Origin: Acidobacteriota bacterium
Lineage (GTDB): Bacteria; Acidobacteriota; UBA6911; RPQK01; JAJDTT01
Assembly (NCBI GenBank): GCA_965217775.1
Contig: CBDCJH010000002.1
Coordinates: 6,225,850 to 6,289,849, forward strand
DNA length: 64,000 nucleotides
Reading direction: 5' to 3'
Of this stretch, positions 1 through 9,927 are shown piece after piece. Position 1 is the stretch's first letter. Each line of letters begins with the position of its first letter. The notes below the pieces were generated by a model. It was given only the letters and a program-made list of their open reading frames with translations, did not search any database and was not told where the DNA came from. Both the position numbers and the translations under genes were made by a program.

Positions 1-206
1 AGCTCAAGGACTCTGGAATCTCCCCCGATGTTCGAGCTCCGGACGAGGATTTCGTCACCAATTTTTTCCTGGAAAATGTCTCGGACGACCCCGATGCGGA
101 ATTGGGTGTGGATTTTTACAAGGGATTGGAAGAAGCTGTCCGCAAAAGACAATTTCAGCAGGGACTCGACGAACTGCGAGGCTGGCTGGCCAAGAAAGCC
201 GCATAA
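1..206 (+). CDS. 3' end of a CDS, probably S41 carboxyl-terminal protease (partial)
   Basis: Frame starting at nt 3 is open to TAA 204-206: LKDSGISPDVRAPDE...RQFQQGLDELRGWLAKKAA*. The GIxPDV motif is typical of S41 peptidase C-termini. Not in the ORF track. Confidence 0.5.
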   Translation, partial: LKDSGISPDVRAPDEDFVTNFFLENVSDDPDAELGVDFYKGLEEAVRKRQFQQGLDELRGWLAKKAA

Positions 207-260
207 GATTCGGGCCTGAATGCACAAGATGAACACTCGGTACGATAAGGAGAAGCGGGA

Positions 261-533
261 ATGAACAAGGCTGAGTTGATCGGTTCTATCGCCGGAAAGG
301 CGAATCTCAGCAAGAGCGATGCCCGAGCAGCGGTGGAGGCCGTGGTGTCCACCATTCAGGCGGCCATGAAGAGCGGTGACAAGGTTTCTCTCGTGGGGTT
401 CGGCACCTTTTCGGCTCCCACCCGTCCTGCCCGTTCGGGGCGCAACCCTCGGACCGGAGAAGCGATTCAGATTCCTGCCAGAAAGATTCCAAAATTCACG
501 CCGGGGAGGTCATTGAGGGACTCGATTCAGTAG
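261..533 (+). CDS. hup: DNA-binding protein HU
   Basis: MNKAELI...GFGTF...GRNPRTGEAIQIPA HU signature; AAGGAG SD upstream. Confidence 0.95.
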   Translation: MNKAELIGSIAGKANLSKSDARAAVEAVVSTIQAAMKSGDKVSLVGFGTFSAPTRPARSGRNPRTGEAIQIPARKIPKFTPGRSLRDSIQ

Positions 534-629
534 GGGTCGAGTCCACATATGAGTCCAGGGTAAGGGTCGACGCGCCGTCGGGCACTGGCCCCGGTGTGAC
601 TCCGAATTCGTGTGCTATGATCCCGGTGT

Positions 630-704
630 AGGTGCGTAGCTCAGGGGGAGAGCACTTCCTTGACGCGGAAGGGGTCAGCGGTTCAAATCCGCTCGCACCT
701 ACCA
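630..704 (+). tRNA. tRNA-Val(GAC)
   Basis: Acceptor stem AGGTGCG/CGCACCT, anticodon arm CTTCC-TTGACGC-GGAAG, GGTTCAAATCC T-loop, encoded CCA; extended -10 TGCTATGAT just upstream. Confidence 0.96.
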
Positions 705-768
705 TTTTTTTACCTGGTGGTTCCGGTTCGTAACCCGGAGTGCGATCGAAATGGCCGGACAGAGAATC

Positions 769-2553
769 ATGAAGACCATCCATAGGGATGGAACCGTTCA
801 TGACGTATTCGATCCCGACGAAGCCCTGGAAACCCTGCGCCATTCGACCTCTCACCTGATGGCCCTGGCGGTCAGCCACCTCTACCCGGGAGTCAGTCTG
901 GGCATCGGTCCTCCCACTGGCGAAGGCTTCTACTACGACTTCCAGATGTCGCACCGGCTGACGGAGGAGGATCTGCCCCGAATCCAAACCAAAATGGAAG
1001 AGCTCAAGGCGCGGAATCTGGTTTTTGAGCCGTCCATTCTGGAGCTTTCCGAAGCGCTGGAATTCTTTCGCGGTCGCGGCGAGGAGTTGAAGACCGAGTT
1101 GATCGAAGAGCGAAAAAGCGAGGTCCTCTCTTCCTATCGCCTGGGAGACCTGGTGGATTTCTGCACCGGGCCGCACCTGCTTTCCACGGCTCAGCTCGGC
1201 TCGTTCCGGCTGCTTTCCATTGCCGGTTCCTATTGGCGGGGTGACGAACACCGGGAACAACTGCAACGGATTTACGGGACGGCTTTTTTCTCGTCCCGGG
1301 AACTGGATGACCATCTGCAGCGGCTGGAGGAAGCCAGGAACCGCGACCATCGGAAATTGGGCCGGGAGTTGGATCTCTACTCGGTTCCGGAGGGCGTGGC
1401 TCCAGGTCTCATATTCTGGCATCCCAAGGGAGCCAAGGTCCGGGAGAAGATCGAGGAGTTCCTTCGCGAAGAGCATGAAGCGCGCGGTTACCAGTTCGTA
1501 TACACGCCCCATATTGCCAAGTGCGACCTTTGGAAGACTTCCGGCCACTACGAGTTTTTCCGGGAGAACATGTACACGTTGCCCGTGGACGACGAAGAGT
1601 ACGTGCTCAAGCCCATGAACTGTCCCGGGCACATCCTCATTTACAAGTCGAGAAAACGCAGTTACCGCGAACTGCCCATCCGTCTCGCCGAGTTCGGTAC
1701 CGTCTATCGGTACGAGAAGTCGGGAACGCTTCACGGGATGCTGCGGGTTCGGGGGTTCACCCAGGACGACGCCCATATCTTCTGCCGGCCGGATCAGGTT
1801 TTTTCGGAAGTGGTTGCCACCTTGGACCTCGCCGAGCATCTTCTCAGCACGTTCGGTTTTCAGGGCCATGAGATCATGTTGGCCGTCTGGGACTCGGAAC
1901 ACACCGAGCACTATGCCGGAGGGCGTGACGATTGGGAGAGGGCCGAGTCGGTTCTGGTCCAGGCGTTGGAGGAAAAGGGTTGGCCGTACCGCCGCCAGCC
2001 GGGCGAGGCTGCTTTCTATGGTCCCAAGATCGACATCAGTTTGATCGATGCTCTGGGGCGAACCTGGCAGGTCACCACGTTGCAGTTCGACTTCAACCTG
2101 CCGGCCCGTTTCAACATTACCTATGCCGATTCCGATTCCCGCGAACAGCACGTCATCATGTTGCATCGAGCCTTGCTCGGTTCCATGGAGCGGTTCATGG
2201 GGATTCTGATCGAACACTACGGAGGCGCGTTTCCGCCGTGGCTGTCGCCGGTACAGGCGTCGGTGCTCCCGGTGAGCGAACGGCACCATGAATACGCGGT
2301 CGAGGTCCGCGACCTGCTCTCGGGGACAGGATTGCGGGTCGAGGCGGACTTGAGAAACGAAAAGTTGGGATACAAGATCAGAAGCGCCCAGATGAGCAAG
2401 GTGCCTTACATGCTCGTGGTGGGCGATCGAGAGGTGCAGGGTCGTACCGTATCGGTACGGGATCGCCGGCGGGGCAATCAGGGGGCATGCCCGGTGGACG
2501 GTTTTTCCCGGACGCTTGGTCGGAAGGTGGCTCAGAGAGCGCTGGACATCTGA
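769..2553 (+). CDS. thrS: Threonine--tRNA ligase (no N-terminal TGS domain; start 751 or 769)
   Basis: [36 protein letters not shown] and [13 protein letters not shown] motifs. Confidence 0.97.
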   Translation: MKTIHRDGTVHDVFDPDEALETLRHSTSHLMALAVSHLYPGVSLGIGPPTGEGFYYDFQMSHRLTEEDLPRIQTKMEELKARNLVFEPSILELSEALEFFRGRGEELKTELIEERKSEVLSSYRLGDLVDFCTGPHLLSTAQLGSFRLLSIAGSYWRGDEHREQLQRIYGTAFFSSRELDDHLQRLEEARNRDHRKLGRELDLYSVPEGVAPGLIFWHPKGAKVREKIEEFLREEHEARGYQFVYTPHIAKCDLWKTSGHYEFFRENMYTLPVDDEEYVLKPMNCPGHILIYKSRKRSYRELPIRLAEFGTVYRYEKSGTLHGMLRVRGFTQDDAHIFCRPDQVFSEVVATLDLAEHLLSTFGFQGHEIMLAVWDSEHTEHYAGGRDDWERAESVLVQALEEKGWPYRRQPGEAAFYGPKIDISLIDALGRTWQVTTLQFDFNLPARFNITYADSDSREQHVIMLHRALLGSMERFMGILIEHYGGAFPPWLSPVQASVLPVSERHHEYAVEVRDLLSGTGLRVEADLRNEKLGYKIRSAQMSKVPYMLVVGDREVQGRTVSVRDRRRGNQGACPVDGFSRTLGRKVAQRALDI

Positions 2554-2614
2554 CCATTCTTTGGGGCATTGTGGTCGTTTGTCCCCGTTGATTCGAAAAA
2601 GAGGAGTCGATTCT

Positions 2615-3127
2615 ATTCAGAGAGCACGAGTCAATCATCGGATAAGAGCCAGGGAAATTCGGGTCATCGACGAGAATGGGAGCCAGTTGGGAATCATGCC
2701 TCCGCCCGAGGCACGGCGGTTGGCTCAGGAGAGAGCTCTCGACCTGGTCGAGGTCGCTCCCACCGCCAGGCCTCCCGTTTGTCGAATCATGGACTACGGG
2801 AAGTACCTGTACCAGCAACGAAAGAAGGCTCAGGAGGCTCGAAAGCACCAAAAAGTCATTCAGGTCAAGGAAGTCAAGTTCAGGCCCAAGATCGACCGGC
2901 ATGACTATGAGTTCAAGAAGAAACACATTCTGCGTTTCTTGAAGGACGAAAACAGGGTCAAGGCCACCGTCATCTTCAGGGGTCGAGAGATCACTCACTC
3001 CGAATTGGGCGAGGAGATTTTGAACCAACTGCGGGGCGAATTGAACGAGGTCGCCGACGTCGAGCGGAGGCCCCGGTTGGAAGGCCACACCATGACCATG
3101 ATCCTGGTGCCCAGAAAACAGCCCTGA
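2615..3127 (+). CDS. infC: Translation initiation factor IF-3 (ATT start)
   Basis: [43 protein letters not shown]; GAGGAG at 2601-2606 lies 8 nt before an in-frame ATT at 2615. Confidence 0.95.
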   Translation: MQRARVNHRIRAREIRVIDENGSQLGIMPPPEARRLAQERALDLVEVAPTARPPVCRIMDYGKYLYQQRKKAQEARKHQKVIQVKEVKFRPKIDRHDYEFKKKHILRFLKDENRVKATVIFRGREITHSELGEEILNQLRGELNEVADVERRPRLEGHTMTMILVPRKQP

Positions 3128-3230
3128 ATCCACTCGGATTTCCGCTTCAGCTCCGGTTCCTCAAGCGGCCGGGCTCGATTTTCGTTAGGCTGAGCGTGAG
3201 CAATCCGAGTACAGAGTGAGGAAGACGGCG

Positions 3231-3422
3231 ATGCGATTGAAAACCAAACGCGCGGCGGCCAAGCGATTCAAGGTCACCGGGTCCGGCAAGATCAGGCGGC
3301 GGCACAGCCATCACAGCCATATTTTGACCAAGAAGAATCGCAAGCGGAAGCGGAACTTGAAGGACTGGGCCGGCCTGTCCTCGTCAGACAAGAAGCGCGT
3401 GCGAAAGATGCTTCATATTTAG
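3231..3422 (+). CDS. rpmI: 50S ribosomal protein L35
   Basis: [19 protein letters not shown]...HILTKK; lies between infC and rplT. Confidence 0.96.
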   Translation: MRLKTKRAAAKRFKVTGSGKIRRRHSHHSHILTKKNRKRKRNLKDWAGLSSSDKKRVRKMLHI

Positions 3423-3457
3423 CACCCGCGGTTTCTTCGGGCGCTGGAGGTTCCATC

Positions 3458-3814
3458 ATGTCGAGGGTAAAGAGAGGGGTTAAGCGAAAGCGGAGACGCA
3501 AGAAGATCCTCCGCTTGGCCAAGGGTTACTGGGGCGCCAAGGGCCGGCTTCACCGGGCGGCGAAGGAACAGGTAAATCGTTCGCTGGCCTACTCCTATCG
3601 GGACCGGCGGCAGAAGAAGCGGAACTTCCGGAGGCTCTGGATCATCCGGGTCAACGCGGCCGCGCGGGAACACAGCCTTTCCTACAGCCAGTTCATGTAC
3701 GGCCTGAAGAAAGCGGGCTTGGAGCTGAGCCGCAAGATGCTGGCCGATCTGGCCGTCAGAGATCCACAGGCCTTCGGCAAGATCGCTGACCTGGCTCGCA
3801 GTGCCTTGCGTTAA
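3458..3814 (+). CDS. rplT: 50S ribosomal protein L20
   Basis: MSRVKRG...AKGYWG...[22 protein letters not shown]. Confidence 0.97.
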   Translation: MSRVKRGVKRKRRRKKILRLAKGYWGAKGRLHRAAKEQVNRSLAYSYRDRRQKKRNFRRLWIIRVNAAAREHSLSYSQFMYGLKKAGLELSRKMLADLAVRDPQAFGKIADLARSALR

Positions 3815-3976
3815 CAGCCCGTGGCAAAAGTCGTCGCGGCATTCGACCGGGTCTGCATCCCGGCGGACTGCGTTGCTCCTCGGTCACATACTCCCGGTAT
3901 GCTCCCTCAGAGCGCCTTGTCCGGCGGGCGCAGCCCCGGTCTCGGTGCTGCGCGGGACTTCCACCACGGACTGTTA
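3812..3976. mobile_element. MITE-like hairpin element, family A copy 1
   Basis: Terminal inverted repeats TAACAGCCCGTGG / CCACGGACTGTTA (1 mismatch); colinear homolog at 22270-22435; no transposase. Confidence 0.8.
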
Positions 3977-4035
3977 GGTAGCGGTTCGCGTCAGGATCTC
4001 AACCTCTCCCGAACTCCACTTCTGGATCCGAGTCG

Positions 4036-5061
4036 ATGAAGCCGGAAGATCCGACTCATCTCTGGCAGAGCTTTCAGGTTGAATTGCAGGCCGTCTCTTC
4101 CAAGGCGGCGCTCACCCGGCTCCGGGACCGTTATCTCAGCCGTCAAAGAGGCCTGCTGACGCTCCAGTTGAGGGGTCTCGGACGACTCGCTCCCCAGGAA
4201 CGGCCCCGGGTGGGCAAGAGCCTGAACCGGATCAAGGGCCGGATCGAATCGGCCCTGGCTCAGCGAGGCCGGGAGCTCGAGTCCGAACAGCGCCGCGCCC
4301 GGCTCGAGTCGGAGCGTCTGGACATTACTCTGCCGGGCTATCTCCCTCCTCAGGGCAGGCCTCATCCTCTGACACGGGTGCGGCGTGAGATGGAGGAGAT
4401 TGCCGTGCGCATGGGATTCTCCGTCCTCTCCGGACCCGAGCTGGAGCTGGATCACTACAATTTCGAAGCCCTCAACATGCCCAAGGAGCATCCTGCCCGG
4501 GACACGCAGGATACGCTCTACATCACCGAGAACCTGCTGCTGAGGACCCATACCTCCCCGGTTCAGATCCGGACCATGGAGCGCCAGCAGCCCCCCATCC
4601 GCATGGTGGTTCCCGGCCGCGTCTACCGGCGGGACACCGTGGACGCGACTCACAGCCCCATGTTTCACCAGATGGAAGGCCTGGTCGTGGACGAGGGGAT
4701 CACTTTCGGAGATCTGAAGGGAACTTTGGAAGTCTTTTTGAGAGAGTTGTTCTCCCGTGACCTGAAGGTGAGGTTTCGGCCCAGCTACTTCCCCTTTGTC
4801 GAGCCCGGAGCCGAAGTGGACATCGAATGCATATTCTGCTCGTCCCGAGGTTGCGGCATCTGCAAGCGCACGGGATGGATCGAGATCATGGGCGCGGGCA
4901 TGGTCCATCCCCGGGTCTTCTCCATGGTCGGGTACGATGCCGAGCGGTACACCGGATTCGCGTGGGGAATGGGCATCGATCGTATCGCCATCCTCAAGTA
5001 TCGCGTCAGCGATCTGCGACTCTTTTTCGACAATGACCTCAGGTTTCTCCGGCAGTTCTGA
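4036..5061 (+). CDS. pheS: Phenylalanine--tRNA ligase alpha subunit
   Basis: HPARDTQDT, LLRTHTSPVQIR, FHQMEG, RFRPSYFPFVEP, GFAWGMGIDR. Confidence 0.97.
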   Translation: MKPEDPTHLWQSFQVELQAVSSKAALTRLRDRYLSRQRGLLTLQLRGLGRLAPQERPRVGKSLNRIKGRIESALAQRGRELESEQRRARLESERLDITLPGYLPPQGRPHPLTRVRREMEEIAVRMGFSVLSGPELELDHYNFEALNMPKEHPARDTQDTLYITENLLLRTHTSPVQIRTMERQQPPIRMVVPGRVYRRDTVDATHSPMFHQMEGLVVDEGITFGDLKGTLEVFLRELFSRDLKVRFRPSYFPFVEPGAEVDIECIFCSSRGCGICKRTGWIEIMGAGMVHPRVFSMVGYDAERYTGFAWGMGIDRIAILKYRVSDLRLFFDNDLRFLRQF

Positions 5062-5084
5062 CCCGGCCGCCAGACAGTGACGTC

Positions 5085-7139
5085 ATGAAGATCGGATGGA
5101 ATTGGCTGCAGGAATATCTGGACCTCCGGGGATTGGACCCGGATCGGCTCTCCGAGGCTCTGGGAATGCTGGGTTTCCCCGTGGAGTCCGTGGAGGAGAC
5201 CGGGGACGGCCGGGTCCTGGAACTGGAAGTGACGACGAACCGGCCCGATTGTCTGAATCATCTGGGCGTCGCCCGGGAGGTCTCGGCGAGGTTTGGCCTG
5301 GAAGTCAGAGTCCCCGACCTTTCGGAACCATCGGATGGAGGCCTCTCAAAGCCGAGAGCGCGGGTCTCGATCGAGGCGCCGGACCTGTGCCCCAGGTACG
5401 CGGCCCGAGTCATGGCGGACGTGAAGATCGGACCCTCCCCCGACTGGCTCAAGAGACGGATCGAGTCGGTGGGGCAAAGGCCCATCAACAACGTCGTCGA
5501 TATCACCAATTTTGTCCTCTACGAGTTGGGCCAACCCCTGCACGGCTTCGATCTGGACCGATTGAGCGAGCGGAGGATCATCGTCCGCAGAGCGGCGGAA
5601 GGGGAACGGTTGACCACGTTGGACGGAGTGGACAGGCGCCTCGACCCGTCGATGCTGGTCATTGCCGATGCCTCTCGAGCCGTGGCGCTGGCCGGCATTA
5701 TGGGAGGGATGGAAACGGAGATTTCCGCCGTTACCAGGAACTTGCTTCTGGAGAGTGCCTACTTCGAGCCGTTGTCCGTCCGGCGTACCGCCAAGCGGCT
5801 GGGAATGCGAACCGATGCCTCTTACCGGTTTGAGCGGGGTGCCGATCCGGCCTTGGCCCGGAAGGCCTTGAACCGGGCCTGCCGGATGATCCGGGAGATT
5901 GCCGGGGGCTCCTGCGAGGGTCCGGTGATCGACGAGTTCCCCCGGCCCATCCCCGCCCGGGAGATTCGGCTTCGAAGCGGCCGGTTGACTCAGGTGCTGG
6001 GTGTCTCGTTGGATCCGGAATTCGTCGAAGCGGCGTTGGACCGCCTGGGTTTCGAACTGGCGCCACAGGATGGTGACTCCTGGAGGGTTCGGGTCCCCAG
6101 CTTCCGGGCGGACGTGGACCTCGAGGACGATCTGGTGGAGGAGGTGGCACGCGAATACGGCTATGACCGGCTCCCCACCACCTATCCCGCCGCCGCGGCG
6201 GCCGGAAAATTCTCCGAGTCGGAAGGACATAAGAGGCGGGTGTCGTCCTCACTGGAGTCCTGTGGATTCTTTGAAGCCATGAACTACGCCTTCACCAATC
6301 CGGGCAGGGAGGAGACCTTCCTCGGCCGGCGGGCGCCGCTGGTCCCTATCGCCAATCCCCTTTCCGAGGATCATACGCATCTGAGAAGCACGCTCCTTCC
6401 CGGGTTGGCGGAATCGATTCGGCACAATCTGAATTTCGGAAACGGGAGCGTCCGTCTATTCGAAACCGGGAAAGTCTTCTTCCGGAGAGGCGAGGATCCT
6501 GAGCAAGCGCAGGAGTCGCGGTATCTGGGGCTGGCGGCAACCGGTTCGGCCCATGGTCCATTCTGGAGCGGTGCCTCGGAGCCTTTCGGATTTCATCACC
6601 TGAAGGGGACCCTTCAGCTGCTTTTCCGGAAATTTGGATTCGAGGTCGAATACCGCGCGGTTGCCGGACTGCAGTTTCTTCATCCCGGAATCTCCGCGGA
6701 GATCCTGCGGGAGGAACGCCGCCTCGGCGTCTTGGGAAAACTACATCCCCGGCTCCATGCCCATTACAAGTTCTCACAAGACGTACTGGTGGCGGAACTC
6801 CGGTTGGACGGGCTGTACGGCCGGGACCTCGAGGATCCGGCGTATGAGGTGTTGTCGCGGTTCCCATCGGTGGAGCACGACTTTTCATTTCTCGTTGACA
6901 AGAGTGTGAGTTTCGCTAAACTGATAAATGCCATTCGGGGCCTGAGCATTCCGGAGCTTCGGAATATCAGGCTCATTGATCTCTATCGCGGCTCGAGTGT
7001 TCCCAAAGATAAGGTTGGCTTGACTCTGCGTCTGACCTTTGCCGATGCGGAGAGGACGCTGACTCTGCCTGAGGTCAAGCCCCTTAGTGAACGGGTTTTT
7101 TCCTTTATGCGCCGGGAATTGGGCGTGGAAGGGCGGTAG
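5085..7139 (+). CDS. pheT: Phenylalanine--tRNA ligase beta subunit (short form, no B2 OB domain)
   Basis: NRPDCL, INNVVDITN, GQPLHGFD, SYRFERG, DLVEEVAR, C-terminal FDX-ACB; 684 aa. Confidence 0.95.
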   Translation: MKIGWNWLQEYLDLRGLDPDRLSEALGMLGFPVESVEETGDGRVLELEVTTNRPDCLNHLGVAREVSARFGLEVRVPDLSEPSDGGLSKPRARVSIEAPDLCPRYAARVMADVKIGPSPDWLKRRIESVGQRPINNVVDITNFVLYELGQPLHGFDLDRLSERRIIVRRAAEGERLTTLDGVDRRLDPSMLVIADASRAVALAGIMGGMETEISAVTRNLLLESAYFEPLSVRRTAKRLGMRTDASYRFERGADPALARKALNRACRMIREIAGGSCEGPVIDEFPRPIPAREIRLRSGRLTQVLGVSLDPEFVEAALDRLGFELAPQDGDSWRVRVPSFRADVDLEDDLVEEVAREYGYDRLPTTYPAAAAAGKFSESEGHKRRVSSSLESCGFFEAMNYAFTNPGREETFLGRRAPLVPIANPLSEDHTHLRSTLLPGLAESIRHNLNFGNGSVRLFETGKVFFRRGEDPEQAQESRYLGLAATGSAHGPFWSGASEPFGFHHLKGTLQLLFRKFGFEVEYRAVAGLQFLHPGISAEILREERRLGVLGKLHPRLHAHYKFSQDVLVAELRLDGLYGRDLEDPAYEVLSRFPSVEHDFSFLVDKSVSFAKLINAIRGLSIPELRNIRLIDLYRGSSVPKDKVGLTLRLTFADAERTLTLPEVKPLSERVFSFMRRELGVEGR

Positions 7140-7162
7140 CGTCGAGTTCTGGAGCTGGACAC

Positions 7163-7420
7163 GTGGACGTTGACCAGGCATGGCGGGAACTGGAGGTTTC
7201 CACCGATCAGACAGTGAGACTCCTGGTGCGCCTCCGGAATGAAAACGCATTGCTTCAGGAAAAAATCGATCAGCTAAACCGAGAATTGGAGGAGCTGGGT
7301 AGAGACAACCAGATCAAGACTGGGGCGGTCGAGCGTCTGCGCAGCGACGTGAAATCGCGAGTGGAAAGCATCATGGAAAAGGTGTCCACCCTGGAGCAGC
7401 ATCACCCGTACGGGTTGTAG
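7163..7420 (+). CDS. Coiled-coil ZapB-like cell division protein
   Basis: 85 aa heptad-rich protein (LRNENALLQEKIDQL) between pheT and zapA. Confidence 0.6.
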   Translation: MDVDQAWRELEVSTDQTVRLLVRLRNENALLQEKIDQLNRELEELGRDNQIKTGAVERLRSDVKSRVESIMEKVSTLEQHHPYGL

Positions 7421-7427
7421 GTGAGAC

Positions 7428-7742
7428 GTGGCAGCCGAAATGGATCAGAGTGTCGCGGTCAAGATCTTTCATCGTACGTATCGTCTTCGGAGTCGGGGCG
7501 ATGCTGACCACATCCGGGACTTGGCGGACTACGTGGATCGTCATATGGTCCAGGTTTCCGACCGGACGCCGACGGTAGACACGCTCAGGGTCGCCATCTT
7601 GGCCGCATTGAGCATTGCCGACGAGTGCCTTTCCGCCAGAAGGCGGCTAGAAAGAGTTGAAGCGAAGGTCTGCCGCAAGAGCGGAGAATTGAATGAGCTC
7701 TTGAGGTCCGTACTGAGTTCCGAGGGCTCCGAACGGACTTGA
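7428..7742 (+). CDS. zapA: Cell division protein ZapA
   Basis: VKIFHRTYRL...LADYVDRHM...VAILAALSIADE; followed by 6S RNA and rny. Confidence 0.88.
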   Translation: MAAEMDQSVAVKIFHRTYRLRSRGDADHIRDLADYVDRHMVQVSDRTPTVDTLRVAILAALSIADECLSARRRLERVEAKVCRKSGELNELLRSVLSSEGSERT

Positions 7743-7761
7743 GTGGACAGGAATGGAAGCC

Positions 7762-7938
7762 CGGCCCCTGCGATGTACGTGATGGTTTGTGAGATTTGAG
7801 TCAACACTCTTGAATCGGGAGCTTGAGTCCGGACGTCATGAGTTTCGCCGTTATCGGTGAAGTCTGAGACCAACGGCAGGGCACCCACCTGTTTCCGACG
7901 GGTTCAATCTCACGCTCCACACGGCAGAGCGGGGGTGA
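7762..7938 (+). ncRNA. ssrS: 6S RNA (ends approximate)
   Basis: Sits between zapA and rny (conserved synteny); terminal pairing CCCCTGC/GCGGGGG; TTGAGTC...GGGAGCT and CCCACCTG...GGGTTCAA elements typical of 6S. Confidence 0.8.
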
Positions 7939-8004
7939 TTCACCGCCCCGCAACGTCCCTTACCGTATCGGTTGTTTCCCCGACCTCCGTCTGGAGCGCA
8001 CGAC

Positions 8005-9573
8005 ATGGACCAGCTACCCGAAGTCGTTCAGGTTCTCCTGTCCGTAGCCCTGATGGCCGCGGTCGGGGGGTGGTATCTCCTCAAGACTCGCGTGGTGGAC
8101 CGGCGGCTACGAGAGGCTGACCGAAAGGCCCGTGAAATCAAGAAAAATGCCACCAGGGAAGGGGACCGGATCCGGAAGGAGAGTCTCCTCGAGGCCAAGG
8201 ACCAGGTCTTCAAGTGGCGCACCGAGGTGGAGCGGGAGCTTCAGGAGCGCCGGCAACAGAGCCAGGCGGTGGAGCGCCGCCTGGCTCGGAGGGAAGAAGA
8301 TCTGGAGCGGCGGGAGCGGCAGCTGCGCCGTCGAAATCGGGATTTCGAACAGCGTGTCAAGAAGCACCAAGGGCGCGAGAGGCAACTCGAGGAGCAGCGG
8401 GAAAGAGTTCGCGATCTGGAGCAGGAGTGCGTCGATCGACTGGAAGCGGCCGCGGGCATGAGCATCGAGGAGGCCAAGCAATCCCTGCTCAAGTCGGTGG
8501 AAAACGAGGCCATGAAAGAGGCCGTGGTCCTGGTCAAGAACGTGGAGGACGAGGCTCGCCGGAAAGCGGATCAGGAGGCGCGAAAGATCATCACTCAAGC
8601 CATCCAGCGTTGTGCCGGAGAGCACGTGGTCGCGACCACGGTTTCCGCGGTGGAACTTCCTGCCGAGGACATGAAGGGCCGCATTATCGGAAGAGAGGGA
8701 CGCAACATTCGAGCCCTCGAGCAAGCCACCGGCGTCGAGTTGATCGTCGACGACACACCCGAGGCCGTCATCCTCTCGGCCTTCGATCCCTATCGCAGGG
8801 CCGTTGCCAAACTCGCCATCGAGCGGCTGATCCAGGATGGCCGCATCCATCCGGCCCGGATCGAGGAGGTGGTGGCCCAGGTCGAACGCGACATGGACAA
8901 GCAACTCCTCCACGAGGGGGAGCAGGTGGTCTTCGAGTTGGGGATCCACAACATGGACCCGGAGTTGGTTCAGCTGCTGGGGCGACTCAAGTACCGGACG
9001 AGCTACGGCCAGAACGTACTCAACCACAGTCGCGAGGTGGCCTATCTGGCCGGCATCATGGCCCGCGAGCTGGGAGCCGACGTCGAGGTCTGCAAACGCG
9101 CCGGGTTGCTGCATGACGTGGGCAAGTCCATCGACCGGGAGGTCGAACGAACTCATCTCCAACTCGGCGTGGATATGGCCAAGAAATACGGAGAGAGCCC
9201 GGAAGTGGTCCATGGCATAGAAGCCCACCATTTCGACGTCGAGTTCCGGACATTGGAGGCCATGCTGGTGCAGGCCGCCGACGCCGTATCCGCGGCCCGG
9301 CCCGGGGCTCGCCGGGAGATGCTCGAGAACTACATCAAGCGGCTGGAACACCTGGAGACCATTGCCAATTCTTTCGACGGCGTGTCCAAGGCCTATGCCC
9401 TTCAAGCCGGCAGGGAGGTCCGGATCATCGTCGAGAGCAGTGAGGTGTCCGACGAACAGACCTTCTGGCTCACCAAGGACATCGCTCGACGGATCGAAGG
9501 CGAAGTCCAGTATCCGGGGCAGGTCAAGGTGACGGTGATCAGGGAGATGAGGGTTGTGGACTACGCCCGGTGA
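8005..9573 (+). CDS. rny: Ribonuclease Y
   Basis: N-terminal TM, coiled coil, KH (MKGRIIGREGRNIRA), HD (LLHDVGK), SAARPGARRE. Confidence 0.96.
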   Translation: MDQLPEVVQVLLSVALMAAVGGWYLLKTRVVDRRLREADRKAREIKKNATREGDRIRKESLLEAKDQVFKWRTEVERELQERRQQSQAVERRLARREEDLERRERQLRRRNRDFEQRVKKHQGRERQLEEQRERVRDLEQECVDRLEAAAGMSIEEAKQSLLKSVENEAMKEAVVLVKNVEDEARRKADQEARKIITQAIQRCAGEHVVATTVSAVELPAEDMKGRIIGREGRNIRALEQATGVELIVDDTPEAVILSAFDPYRRAVAKLAIERLIQDGRIHPARIEEVVAQVERDMDKQLLHEGEQVVFELGIHNMDPELVQLLGRLKYRTSYGQNVLNHSREVAYLAGIMARELGADVEVCKRAGLLHDVGKSIDREVERTHLQLGVDMAKKYGESPEVVHGIEAHHFDVEFRTLEAMLVQAADAVSAARPGARREMLENYIKRLEHLETIANSFDGVSKAYALQAGREVRIIVESSEVSDEQTFWLTKDIARRIEGEVQYPGQVKVTVIREMRVVDYAR

Positions 9574-9594
9574 GTCCTTCTCCGCCCCCGTCCG

Positions 9595-9737
9595 AGCCCG
9601 CATTTCTCACCAGGTCGCTATGCGTATGTTGAAAAAGAATCTGGTTTTGAGCATTTACGCGAATTTTGCCAAGGTTTCTCCGGGACAGACTGCGCTGGGC
9701 GCGCGATCGTCACGCCCCCTTCTGAGAAACGCGGGCT
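9595..9737. mobile_element. MITE-like element, family B copy 1 (internally shorter)
   Basis: TIR AGCCCGCATTTCTCA / TGAGAAACGCGGGCT; homologous to 24935-25177. Confidence 0.78.
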
Positions 9738-9927
9738 AGGAGCCTGCGCGGCAGAAATTGATCTACTGCGAAAGCGGTAGAATCGGTCCATATTTCCCCG
9801 ATTTCTCGGCGAATAGAACGACTATGCACCTCAAAATCGAGAAAATCTGGCCTCGATTCCCCGCTTTCTCGCTACGATCATTCCTACCGCGCAGACTCCC
9901 AGACGTTTTCGGAAAGAGAGTATCCGC

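Noticed and set aside
496-2289. Long antisense ORFs (496-2289, 8107-9603, 22682-24400, 48597-50765, 59571-61124 and others)
   Set aside because: They are shadows of well-conserved genes in high-GC DNA and carry no recognisable motifs.
3821-4039. Paralogous small ORFs MAKVV(A/T)AFDR (3821-4039, 22279-22530) and ARISHQ ORFs (9554-9739, 24891-25127)
   Set aside because: The similarity comes from the MITE DNA; frames diverge through indels, so protein-level selection is unlikely.
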